This document shows positions 23,793 through 35,317 of a DNA stretch of 60,014 nt, one piece after another. Every line of letters starts with the position of its first letter. The stretch's first letter is position 1. The DNA is from Eledone cirrhosa (taxonomy: Eukaryota). The DNA lies in assembly GCA_964016885.1 (NCBI GenBank), contig CAXHJY010000485.1, forward strand, positions 1 through 60,014, in the 5' to 3' direction. The notes beneath the pieces are model-generated. The model saw nothing but the letters and a program-made list of their open reading frames with translations, made no database searches and was not told the DNA's origin. The translations under genes and the position numbers were made by a program.

Positions 23793-25927
23793 GTATATAG
23801 AACCAGTCAAACATTGACTGAACAAGCACTTGATACATGTGAGTTTAGTTTTCGGCAAAAAACAATACCACCCTTAGTAGGGAAATGGCCTTAAAATGAT
23901 TGTATCTGCACGTGAGTATGTGTGTATATATATATATATACACACACAGACATATATATATATATACATATATCCAGGGGGTGTAACTTGGAGTTACTGC
24001 AGGTTCACCCGGGAGAGCACTCGATGTTTAGGTTCACTTCTGTGATGAGGTGTAGAGCTGTATATATGTACATACATATATATATAATTATTAAGGCCAG
24101 TTACTACAACAGTACCATACCAGGTACATACGTTTCATTAGCCCTGAGGACCAGCTTGTTCAACCTGTGCCAATGAAAATGAACCGGAGTATGTTTATTC
24201 AAAAAGTAAAATACAGAACATACAGAAAATACAGAACAATCCAGATAATCTGGATTGTCTAGAGAGTACAATTTGACAAAAAAAAGACATGAGCAAACTC
24301 TAAATTAGCTAATAATTATGAGAGGGCTAGAACAAAAATCAATAGATTAAAAAAGATATAAATCAATATTAAGGAGGTCAGTTCTTTAAAAGGTACTTAG
24401 AAACGTGAGAACATCATGAAAAGAACTCTGTACATGTGTTAAGTGGTTTGTTATTGTTGTGGAGATTATTCAATATCCACCATTTCTTGTCACTGCATAA
24501 TTTGCAGTCCTTGAGCTCATTTATATATAGACAAAATTTTTCTAGTATCTTCCATTTGATGCAGAAGTCTATGTTCTTGTCTTTTAAGTTGCCATATTTT
24601 TTGCCAAATTTGTGCTGTTTCTTTTATTTGGGTTTCTAAAGGTTGGGTATCCCCTTTCCAACGCCAACCACATTTACAGCATGTACTGGGTGCTTTTTGT
24701 TGTGACACCTACACGACCACTTTACAGTGTGGGCTGGGTACTTTTTGTCGTGGCCCCAAAATAACCATTTTACAGTATGGGCTGGGGACTATACTATATG
24801 TGTGTGTGTGTGACCTTATTGATTACAAAACAAAATTCTTGAGCATTCTGCCATGTTGTGTCCACTATTCAACCTTACTCTTATTGCATGCTGGAAATGT
24901 CACATATTTACAATACACTTATTTATTATATTGTTATTTATTATATTGTTACTCACAATTCAGATATTTTAATGATTTGTTTATTGAACACTGACTAATA
25001 TTACATGGAATACATTCACTTTGCTTTTGTTGTAATTGATGATTTTTTCCCCACATAGCTTGGCCTTCATTGAACAAATCTATATTTGTTTGTAAATGTT
25101 GGCACAAGGCTAGCAATTTTAGGAGAAGGGGAAGTCAATTATATCAAACCCAGAACTGGACTGGGACTTTATTTTATCAACCTTCGAAGGATGAACAATA
25201 AAGTTGACCATAGCAGGATTTGAACTCAGAATATAAAAAGTGCAAAGCAGCTCTATGATTAAAAGAATTCCAGCCTTGACTATTTCATTTTTTCAGGAAT
25301 GTATATATGAATATATTATTCAATATATCCTTTCTTTGTCGAAAACAGTAGGGTATGATTTGAGGTAGACTTGGCTGCTATTTTTAGCATGGTAAGCGAC
25401 CACGTGTTCCTTTGATGATTTCTTAGATAAGAAAAATGTAGACAGAGCTCTGTTTAGTAATTATTGATCTATTGATTAGTCAATCACTTAATGCAAGCAC
25501 GATTGATGAACTCAAGTCATGTTTAAGCTTGCTATTTTTATTTTTATAGAGTGATTCCTAGCTGTGTAATAAGAACAGGGAAAACAGATATTAAATGATG
25601 ATGATGATGATGATGATGATAGTTATCTGATAAAATGTTTTCTTCTCTGATAAAAGTTTCTGATTTCATGTATATATATAACATAATTATCATCATCATT
25701 TCTCTATACTAGCATGGGTTAGATGAGTTGTCCCACTGTGAGCCAAGTCAGGTCAGACGACTGTGTTTTGCACATATAGAACTGTTGTTTCTGGCTTTGT
25801 TTCTACGGCTGGCTGCCCTTGCATCCAATATATTTAAGAAGATATGGTAGTTTTCATCTTTTGTTGGTAAATCAGACTTGTAGAATGATTATGTAACCAG
25901 TCATGAAGAGACAACTTACCAGATATG

Positions 25928-27222
25928 TTTCTTTATTAGCCACAGGGGCACAAAATAAGGGGACAAATACAAAGGGGGAAGTTTACATACAATAAAAACG
26001 TGTAAAATATTATCACAAATGCAATTTAAAAATTAGTCGATTTTCCCCAATAGGGGGAGACATTACATATGGGTAACACATACCCCCGAAAAAAATGTGC
26101 AACCCTCATCTCCAGGAGTACGAAGAGTTTGTACTCCTCTCCTCCTCTTTTTCCTCAACCTACAGGCTGATATAGAGAGAAGACCCATTCACTCGGGCCA
26201 TTCTCACCACTTTCACCCACCTTTCATAAAACTTGCTGGGGTACAACACCTCTCTCTCCATCCTGATTCTTCTTCCAAAGTGGTATTTGAAAAAAAGAAT
26301 TAGTTGTTGGTCGGAGAGAAAGGTGTCTGACCTCAGCCCTTTCAACCTTGTCCACCATGCAACCTCTTTCGCCATAGCTATCACACATAGGAAAACCGCC
26401 TCTCCTTCGTTTTTGAAGGAGGATGGCGGTTTGATCATAACAATGGACTCGGTGGTCAACTGGATTGGTCCCACCCGCGACAATAGTCGTTCTACATAGC
26501 CCCACAGGTCGGTGACGCCCGGGCAGTGTATGAATGCGTGCGCGACGGTTTCTTCGTCTCGCACGCACCTCGGACAGATCTTTTTTGCAGGGTCCCTGCC
26601 CGGGCGCCCATGTCTGTAGAGCTTGTCTCGAACTGGTAGAGCTCCTCGGTAGCACTGCCAGGCCAGGGACTTTTGGAAGTTGTCCATGGTCCCGGGCGGA
26701 AGGTCCTACTGAACAGACTGGCCAGTTCGTCTTCCTCTACGCCTAGAGTTTCACCGAGCACGTCGTCGCACTTGCTGCGGATCAACCCTCTATAGAATGA
26801 TGAAGTGGAGTCTCCACTGATCGCCGGGTCCGCCTGCCAGAGGGTTGTGAGTGCCTGAGCACATTCGATGTGCCAGTCGCCCATTTTCCTCGGTCTTTGT
26901 TTGACCCAGGACTGCAGCTCGGTCAACGAGACGAGTCATGGGAAGGCTCACCTCACAAACGGGGCCCACACCGGTTGTCCGGTGAGGAATATGTAGAGGA
27001 AGCCTGAGCACGTGTTTGCGCATCGTCAGCCACGGCATCCCCAGCCCTCCGTTGGAAGAGTATTGGCAGCAGATGGATCTTCTCACCAAAGGAGCCCGCC
27101 TCTTCCAAAGGAATTGGAAGAGCACGCGGTCCATTTTGGCGAGCGTTTTGGCTGGTCAAGGCACGACGGTCAAGCGGTAGTAGATGGCTAATGCTATAAA
27201 AATGTTCGCCACCTCTGATCAC
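25928..27222 (-). pseudogene. Tx1/L1-clade LINE ORF2 C-terminus (zf-RVT) + 3' UTR
   Basis: LFQFLWK...GGLGMP; WQCYRGALPVRDKL...CPRCVRDEETVAHAFIHC (CCHC); frameshifted; 3' end GTGGCTAATAAAGAAA shared with 51350-51821. Confidence 0.85.
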
Positions 27223-27314
27223 TCAACATGTATAATTGAATCCAGTGATATATTATTCCAGATGTTAAATCCATAGGTATATTTCAGATCCCAATAATTT
27301 ACGGAGTACGTATA

Positions 27315-27708
27315 AGTAATGTGTTAGGAAAAACATACAAGGCTTGATTAGAAAAAAATATTATTTAATTATACATCTTTACATGTGTTTCATCATTGAG
27401 TTATGTCATTGTCTGCAGGGCAGGAGATATTGAAATTTCCAATCATTCCCACAAAGACTGTTGGATACCCACTGATCAACTTAACAGCCCTCTCTCATTA
27501 CTCTCATCACTATCATATCTATGAATAATCCATTTTCTGAGGAATTGTTGACATAAAAGTCTATTGTAATGCACAAATGATCGAACATTTCAGTATCTCC
27601 TAACAGCCCAGCAGACAGTAACAAAACTCAAGAAAGAAACAGGTGTAAAAATATATAATTAATATTTTTTTCTAATCAAGCCTTATATATTTTTCCTAAC
27701 ACATTACT
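27315..27708. repeat. Imperfect inverted repeat (PLE-like) containing a long-stem-II hammerhead
   Basis: AGTAATGTGTTAGGAAAAA...AAGGCTTGATTAGAAAAAAATATT vs AATATTTTTTTCTAATCAAGCCTT...TTTTCCTAACACATTACT. Confidence 0.75.
27532..27652 (+). ncRNA. Hammerhead motif with ~90-nt extended stem II
   Basis: ATTTT-CTGAGGA-[ATTGTTGA...TATTGTAATGC...GCAGACAGTA...TCAAGAAA]-GAAAC-AGGT-GTA|AAAAT. Confidence 0.55.
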
Positions 27709-27737
27709 GATATATATATATATATACACACACACAC

Positions 27738-30735
27738 ATGCAGACTACCTCCCAAATAACCGACAGTGACTACTTAATTATTGCAGGTGACATAAATGGT
27801 CGCATTAGACAACATAGTGATGGCTATGATGGAATCCATGGAGGCTATGGGGTTGGAAATAGAAATGAGGAGGGCTTCAGAATCACAAACTTCAAAAAAA
27901 CGAGAAAACTACTTGATCACCTATAGATCAGGGGAACACACCAGCCAGATAGATTATATCCTTACTAGAAGACGTGGCAAAGTGTTTGTTGTAAACACTA
28001 AATCCCTCCCCCGTGAAGAATGCAACTCCCAACATAGCCTAGTAGTTAGTGACCTCATAGTCAGGAATAGAAGTACTCGACGACAGAGGAGGCCTACCTT
28101 GAGGAGAAGAATATGGAAGTTGAAGGACCCCATAGCCAGTGACAAATTTAAAAGCTTATTACTTGATACCTTTGACAATAAGGAAGAGCAATTAGAGACG
28201 TGTAATATAGAGGAACAGTGGCAATTCTTGAAAGTGAACCTGCTGAAAGCAACAGATGAAATCTGTGGCTGGAGCAGACCTATTGGCAGGAGGAGAGTAA
28301 CTTGGTGGTGGAACAGTAAGGTGGAAGAGACAATCAAGGCCAAAAAGCAAGCTTGGAAAGTATGGCAAGATGGGGGAAGTAGAGAACACTATCAAGTGGC
28401 CAGGAGAGAAGCTAGGAGACAAGTGTACCTTGCAAAAAAGGAAGCAGAGGATAGAAAGTTCAAGCATGTTCGACAACGTGAGGACCAAAAACGTGAGGTA
28501 TTCAGGATTGCTAGACAATGTGTCAAGGAAAACCGTGATATTGTTGGGGAGAAGTGTGTCCGTAATTATAACAGTGTACTTGCCCTCACTGATACTGATA
28601 AGAAGATAGCTTGGAAGTGTCACTACGAGAGACTGTTAAATGAAGAGAATAAATGGGGAAAAGATAGTCTGCCCCAAATCGATCCAATAGAAGATCCAGC
28701 AGTGCAAGTTAAAGGTAATATAATAAGTAAGGCAATCACAGATATGAAGACAGGCAAGGCAGCTGGGCTTTCAGAGATAGTTGCTGAGATGTTGAAGGCA
28801 TCTGGAATGGTGGGACATACTATAGTCACCCGTATAGTTAACGAAGTAATACAGAATGGGGTCATACCAAAAGACTGGCATAGCAACAGCATCATTAACT
28901 GCTACCAGGGTAAAGGGGATGCTCTAGATAGGGGAAACTATAGAGGCATTAAGTTAGTTGACCAGGGCATGAAAGTCACAGAAAGAGTTATAGCGTAACT
29001 AATCAGAGAGCGAATTGATCTCGATGAAATGCAGTTTGGGTTTGTGTCAGGTAAAAGTACCACAGACGCACTTTTCCTTGTACGACAACTACAGGAGAAG
29101 TACCTAGCTAAAAGTCAACCCCTCTACTTAGCTTTTGTAGACCTGGAGAAAGCCTTTGACAGAGTCCCCTGCTCCATTATCTGGTGGGCTCTTAGAAAAC
29201 TAGGTGTAGATGAATGGCTTGTGAGAGCTATACAAGCTATGTATAAAGAAACAGTCAGTAAGGTTAGAATTAACAATGAATATTGTGAAGAATTTAGTGT
29301 AAAAGTTGGTGTTCATCAAGGCTCTGTCCTTAGACTCCTCCTATTTATTATTGCCCTACAGGCTATAACATAAGAATTTAAGACCGGCTGCCCATGGGAA
29401 CTCCTATACGCAGATGATCTAACTCTCATAGCTGAGTCTATGACTGAACTAGAGAAGAAATTCCAAATATGGAAGAATGGCCTTAAAATTAACTTGTCTA
29501 AGACAAAAGTTCTAGTTTGTAGAAAGGAAAATAGAGCACAGGTGCCCTCAGGGAAATGGCCAAGCTCAGTGTGTAGGAAAGGAGTAGGCAAAAATTTCAT
29601 TTTATGTCCCAAATGCAAACTATGGGTACATAAAAGATGTAGTGGGATCACAGGTAAACCATCTAAGAACGTAGATTTTATATGTGGCCGATGCTCAGGT
29701 GCAATAAGTAGCAAGTGCCCACAGGATACTAGCTCCTTTTATTGCCCAGATGGTTTTATAAAAATAGTGGACACTTTCCGTTACCTGGGTGACAAAATCA
29801 GCAGTGATGGAGGGTGCTCTGAAAGTACAGTAGCTAGAGTCAGAACAGGATGGAAAAAGTTCAGAGAGCTTATACCACTGAAAATGAAAGGCAGATTGTA
29901 TGATGCCTGTATATGAACAGCAATGCTACATGGCAGTGAGACATGGGCATTGCGTGCAGAGGACCTGCGCAGAGTGGAAAGGAACGAAGCATGCATGCTC
30001 CGTTGGATGTGTAATAGTAATATACGTGAGCGGTAAAGTATAAATGAACTAAGTGAGAAATTAGGAATAAGAGGGATCAGATGCTGTTTACTTGAGAGAA
30101 GACTACGTTGGTATGGTCACTTGATGCGCATGAAAGACGACAGCTGCATAAAAAAGTGCAGGGCGATCAAAATTGATGGCAGTTAGCGAGTAGGCAGACC
30201 CAGAAAAACCTGGGACGATCTGATAAATTCCGACCTTACACACTTACATCTCTCTAAGACAATGTCTCTAGACCGAGATCTTTGGCGCTATGCAGTAATA
30301 CAGAAGACCCATCTTGCCTATGTACAAAGTGAAACCTACAGTCAGCAGGCACCTCTTAACCAAATATACACCCCAATCCACTACCCCTACCCTATCCTCC
30401 CACTCCCACCAACACCACCCTCTCTCTGTAAAGTTGGTACCACAACATCCAGTCCAAATAAATGAGATAATGAGATCGAGATTGTGTAGGTGTCACAACA
30501 AAAAAAAACACAGTCCATGCTGTAATGTGGCCGTGTAGGTAACACGATAAAAAGTTCCCAGTTCCACACTGTAAATGTGGTTGGTGTTAGGAAGGGCATC
30601 CAGCCATAGAAAACCTGCCAGACAGTCCTATATGAGCGAGACACGGTCACCCGACCAACCTTGCCTCAAGTGGGACAACTCCCGTCTAACCCATGCTAGT
30701 GTGGAAGATGGACATTAAACGAAGATGATGATGAT
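27738..30735 (+). pseudogene. RTE LINE, 5'-truncated, disrupted (APE C-terminal part, RT, PHD, 3' UTR)
   Basis: IIAGDING, SQIDYIL (APE), QFGF, AFVDLEKAFDRV, GVHQGS, YADD; split by stops into ORFs 27796-28998, 29029-29373, 29440-29916; (GAT)n tail. Confidence 0.95.
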
Positions 30736-30783
30736 ATATACACACACATATATATATATATATATATCCGCAGCGCCCTTATT

Positions 30784-30877
<94 letters not shown>

Positions 30878-30920
30878 ATTGGGTAGTGCTTAATACTACC
30901 CTTTCATATTTATAATTATA

Positions 30921-33693
30921 TGAATTCTGCGACGCCAATGACATGTCGATATGTAACACAAACTTTAAAAAACCTGACAACCACCTGATCACCTATAGAT
31001 CAGGGGAGCACTCTAGTCAGTTAGATTTTATCCTCATCAGAGGACGTGACAGATGGACGGTCGTAAACACAAAAGCCTTCCCTAGTGAGGAATGTACATC
31101 CCAACATAGCTTAGTTGTCAGCGACCTCACGGTCAGAACTAGACGAACCCGGAAACAGAGGCCAACCTGGAGAAGAAAGATCTGGAAGCTGAAAGTCCCC
31201 TCAACCAGTAACAGATTTAAAGATATTTTACTCAACGCCTACGACAGTAAAGAAGAACAGATAGAGACATTTAATGTAGAAGAGAACTGGGAGTTCCTAA
31301 AAAATAATTTACTAGAGGCGACGGATGAGGTCTGTGGCTGGAGTAAGACCTCAAGCAGGAGGAGAGTGACTTGGTGGTGGAACAATAAGGTAGATGAAGC
31401 AGTTAAGGCCAAGAGACAGGCATGGAAAGAATGGAAGAACGGGGGGAGCAGGGCACATTACATAGAGACCAAGAGGGAAGCTAGGCAACAAGTATACTTA
31501 GCTAGGAGGGAAGCAGAGGATAGAAAATTCAAGCATGTTTTACAACGTGAGGACCAGAAACAGGAGGTATTCAAGATTGCGAGGCAGTGTGTCAGAGATA
31601 GTTGCGATGTCATTGGAGAGAAGTGTATCCGGAATGATAAAGGTGAGCTTGCCCTCACAAGTGCTGAGAAGAAAGATGCATGGAAGAGTCATTATGATAG
31701 ATTACTAAATGAGGAGAATGCATGGGAAGAAGAGACCCTACCCCAAGTAGACCCTATAGAGGGACCAGCAGTACAAGTCAGCAGCAGCGTAGTAAGTAAG
31801 GCAATCAAAGATATGAAGATGAGGAAGGCAACCGGTCCATCGGGTATAGCTGCCGAGATGCTGAAGGCATCTGGGTCTGTAGGTCACACTATAACCACAC
31901 GTATCGTTAACCAGGTAATACTAGAAGGGGCCATACCAAAAGATTGGTGCAGTAGCATCATTGTCAACTGCTACAAAGGTAAAGGCGATGCACTAGATAG
32001 AGGAAACTATAGAGGTATAAAGTTGATGGACCAGGTCATGAAAGTAACAGAAAGAGTTATAGCACAGCTGATTAGGGACCGGGTGAATATAGACGAGATG
32101 CAATTTGGGTTTGTACCAGGAAGAAGCACCACTGATGCCCTCTTCCTTGTGAGGCAATTACAGGAAAAGTACCTAGCTAAAAGTAAGCTACTCTATTTGG
32201 CATTTGTCGACCTTGAGAAAGCCTTTGACAGAGTTCCACGTGCTGTAATCTGGTGGGCTCTTAGAAAACTAGGAGTAGATGAATGGCTTGTGAAAGCGGT
32301 ACAAGCCATGTATAGGGGAGCAGTCAGCAAAGTTAGGATTAGCAATGAGTATAGCGAGGAATTTAGCGTACAGGTTGGTGTCCACCAGGGCTCTGTTCTT
32401 AGCCCTCTCCTGTTCATCATAGTCCTGCAGGCAATAACGGAGGAGTTTAAGACCGGATGCCCATGGGAACTCCTGTATGCTGATGACCTCGCACTCATAG
32501 CTGAATCTATGGTAGAACTAGAGAATAAATTCCAAACCTGGAAGCAGGGACTAGAGAGAAAGGGTCTCAAAGTCAACATGACAAAGACTAAGGTCCTTGT
32601 AAGTAGACGAGAAAACAGAACCCAGATCCCCTCAGGGAAATGGCCTTGCTCAGTATGTAGGAAAGGTGTAGGTAGGAACTCCATTCTCTGCCCCAAATGC
32701 AAACAATGGGTACACAAGAGATGTAGCGGGATCTCAGGAAGCTTAATTAAGAATGTAGGATTCACATGCAGCAGCTGTGCTGAAACAGCAAGCAGCAAAC
32801 AGCCACAGGAAACAAGTACCACCAATCTCTGGGAGAGCCCTGTAGAAACAGTAGACAGCTTCTGCTACCTAGGTGACCGAATTAGCAACGGAGGTGGGTG
32901 TTCAGAAAGTACAATAACTAGGGTAAGAACGGGATGGAAGAAGTTTAGGGAACTACTACCACTGCTAGCTGCAAAAGGCTTCTCCCTCAGAATGAAAGGC
33001 AGACTGTATGATGCGTGTATCCGAACAGCGATGTTGCATGGTAGTGAGACCTGGGCGTTGAAGGTGGAAGACTTACGTAGATTAGAGAGAAACGAAGCCT
33101 GCATGCTCCGATGGATGTGTAACAGTAATATACGTGAACGACAAAGCATAAATGAATTGAGAGAGAGACTGAGCATAAGAGGAATCAAATGCTGTGTGCA
33201 GGAGAGGCGGTTGCGCTGGTATGGACATGTGATGCGTATGAAGGATGACAGCTGCATAAAAAGGTGCAGAGCACTAGAAGTTGATGGAGACCGCGGAGTG
33301 GGGAGACCTAGGATGACCTGGGATGAGGTGATAAAAGCCGACCTTACCCAATTACACCTCTCAAAGACAATGACACACGACCGTGACTTCTGGCGTCACG
33401 CAGTAATACAGAGTACCCGACCTCCCATGGGTACATGCTGAAGCATATAAACAATATGCCCCCCCCCCCCCCGCAAGGTGGTCGTGGAGGTGCCACGGCA
33501 AAAAAGCACCCAGCCCACACTGTAAATGAGGTTGGTGTTAGGAAGGGCATCCAGCTGTAGAAATCAAGCCAGATCAGTTCCTGTATGAGCAAGGCATGGT
33601 CAGCCGACCAGACACTGCACACAACAGGACAACCCGTCTAACCCATGCTAGCGTGGAAGAACGGACGTAAAACGGTGATGATGATGATGATGA
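30921..33693 (+). mobile_element. RTE LINE, 5'-truncated, young copy
   Basis: Open frame from ~30921, 3' UTR and (GAT)n tail ending 33693. Confidence 0.95.
30943..33441 (+). CDS. RTE retrotransposon polyprotein (partial AP endonuclease + reverse transcriptase with inserted PHD finger), 832 aa
   Basis: SQLDFIL...SQHSLVV (APE end), YKGKGD..DRGNYRGIKL, QFGFVPGRSTTD, FVDLEKAFDRV, GVHQGSVLSPLLF, LYADDL, FCYLG, RLRWYGHVMR, GRPR.TW; no internal stop. Confidence 0.95.
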   Translation: MSICNTNFKKPDNHLITYRSGEHSSQLDFILIRGRDRWTVVNTKAFPSEECTSQHSLVVSDLTVRTRRTRKQRPTWRRKIWKLKVPSTSNRFKDILLNAYDSKEEQIETFNVEENWEFLKNNLLEATDEVCGWSKTSSRRRVTWWWNNKVDEAVKAKRQAWKEWKNGGSRAHYIETKREARQQVYLARREAEDRKFKHVLQREDQKQEVFKIARQCVRDSCDVIGEKCIRNDKGELALTSAEKKDAWKSHYDRLLNEENAWEEETLPQVDPIEGPAVQVSSSVVSKAIKDMKMRKATGPSGIAAEMLKASGSVGHTITTRIVNQVILEGAIPKDWCSSIIVNCYKGKGDALDRGNYRGIKLMDQVMKVTERVIAQLIRDRVNIDEMQFGFVPGRSTTDALFLVRQLQEKYLAKSKLLYLAFVDLEKAFDRVPRAVIWWALRKLGVDEWLVKAVQAMYRGAVSKVRISNEYSEEFSVQVGVHQGSVLSPLLFIIVLQAITEEFKTGCPWELLYADDLALIAESMVELENKFQTWKQGLERKGLKVNMTKTKVLVSRRENRTQIPSGKWPCSVCRKGVGRNSILCPKCKQWVHKRCSGISGSLIKNVGFTCSSCAETASSKQPQETSTTNLWESPVETVDSFCYLGDRISNGGGCSESTITRVRTGWKKFRELLPLLAAKGFSLRMKGRLYDACIRTAMLHGSETWALKVEDLRRLERNEACMLRWMCNSNIRERQSINELRERLSIRGIKCCVQERRLRWYGHVMRMKDDSCIKRCRALEVDGDRGVGRPRMTWDEVIKADLTQLHLSKTMTHDRDFWRHAVIQSTRPPMGTC

Positions 33694-33712
33694 TATATAA
33701 CTCATATATAAG

Positions 33713-33743
<31 letters not shown>

Positions 33744-33744
<1 letters not shown>

Positions 33745-33794
33745 GATTCCTGATGATTTCTAAAGAATGAAACAGTTCTAGTCCTGTAGAATCT
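33744..33794 (+). ncRNA. Type I hammerhead ribozyme, canonical monomeric fold
   Basis: AGATTC-CTGATGA-TTTC-TAAA-GAAT-GAA-ACAG-TTCTAGTC-CTGT-A|GAATCT; 6-bp stem I, 4-bp stem III, GUA site. Confidence 0.85.
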
Positions 33795-33877
33795 CATCTA
33801 TATTAAAACTTTTATACTCTGCAATGTATTGAGTACCTTACTTACTGTGGTTACCTCCGATTCAACCCGGAATAACG

Positions 33878-33908
<31 letters not shown>

Positions 33909-33977
33909 TATGAAGAGAGAAGAAACATTTAGATATAATTAGTAATAAAATGTATCATACCTAAACTGCTTCTAAAT

Positions 33978-34067
33978 TCCTCGACTACGTAGTTTCGTGG
34001 CATAAACAAAAACAATACATCATAAAGATATAGAGTCCTTGCGAGGTCTGCCGACTTATCAAGAGGA
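33978..34067 (-). ncRNA. Hammerhead with U3-A8 covariant core
   Basis: Minus: TCCTC-TTGATAA-GTCGGCA...TGCCAC-GAA-ACTACGTAGT-C|GAGGA; GUC site. Confidence 0.78.
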
Positions 34068-34921
34068 TACCTCATTTCACTAGTCTCAAGAACGCGTCTA
34101 CACGACGTGAGAAAGAATCCCAAAAGGCGGAGGGGGAGATAGTCACGCGATATAACGGTCGAGAAACAGAGCTAAGCCTCTTATAACCCCGAAGAAAATA
34201 CCACGGAGGCGGAGGGGGTATTTATATCGAAGCCGTAGAAGAGGTGGTGAAGGAGGCGAGAAGTATGAGTAATGGAAGCTTTCCAGCAGTCCCCACACTT
34301 CAAAGATTGCTCGACCAGAGGGAGTTATTAACAATATATTTAGAAACACACAGATACATGCGGACACACACATATACATGAATGCATCCGCACCCAACCG
34401 TGAGTTAAGGGTGCCAACTTCACCGATGTTGCTCAATGAATGACTGGGACAGACCAATCCGGTTGAACTAGACTGAACCAGTATCAGAGTTAAAAATACA
34501 TTATGAAGAGAGAAGAAACATTTAGATATATTATATCTGTCCCAGTCATTCATTGAGCAACATCGGTGAAGTTGGCACCCTTAACTCACGGTTGGGTGCG
34601 GATGCATTCATGTATATGTGTGTGTCCGCATGTATCTGTGTGTTTCTAAATATATTGTTAATAACTCCCTCTGGTCGAGCAATCTTTGAAGTGTGGGGAC
34701 TGCTGGAAAGCTTCCATTACTCATACTTCTCGCCTCCTTCACCACCTCTTCTACGGCTTCGATATAAATACCCCCTCCGCCTCCGTGGTATTTTCTTCGG
34801 GGTTATAAGAGGCTTAGCTCTGTTTCTCGACCGTTATATCGCGTGACTATCTCCCCCTCCGCCTTTTGGGATTCTTTCTCACGTCGTGTAGACGCGTTCT
34901 TGAGACTAGTAAAATGAGGTA

Positions 34922-35011
34922 TCCTCTTGATAAGTCGGCAGACCTCGCAAGGACTCTATATCTTTATGATGTATTGTTTTTGTTTATGCCACGAAACTAC
35001 GTAGTTGAGGA
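34922..35011 (+). ncRNA. Hammerhead with U3-A8 covariant core
   Basis: TCCTC-TTGATAA-GTCGGCA...TGCCAC-GAA-ACTACGTAGT-T|GAGGA; GUU site; 10-nt palindromic stem III. Confidence 0.78.
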
Positions 35012-35242
35012 ATCTAGGAGCAGTTTAGGTATGATACATTTTATTACTAATTATATCTAAATGTTTCTTCTCTCTTCATAATGTATTTTTAACTCTGATA
35101 CTGGTTCAGTCTAGTTCAACCGGATTGGTCTGTCCCAGTCATTCATTGAGCAACATCGGGGAAGTTGGCACCCTTAACTCACGGTTGGGTGCGGATGCAT
35201 TCATGTATATGTGTGTGTCCGCATGTATCTGTGTGTTTCTAA

Positions 35243-35279
<37 letters not shown>

Positions 35280-35317
35280 TTCCTGTATGTATATATATAT
35301 ATATATATATATACATA

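Larger units (their letters stand above)
33903..35249. mobile_element. Divergent (inverted) pair of more-than-unit-length copies of a 593-bp non-coding hammerhead-bearing unit in (TA)n
   Basis: Minus arm 33903-34530 (ATACATTATGAAGAGAG at 33903 and 34496); plus arm ~34536-35249 (CTGTCCCAGTCATTC at 34537 and 35130); the arms are reverse complements with few differences. Confidence 0.9.

Noticed and set aside
32193-33257. 210-aa and 130-aa minus-strand ORFs
   Set aside because: Antisense shadows of the RTE ORF with no independent motifs.
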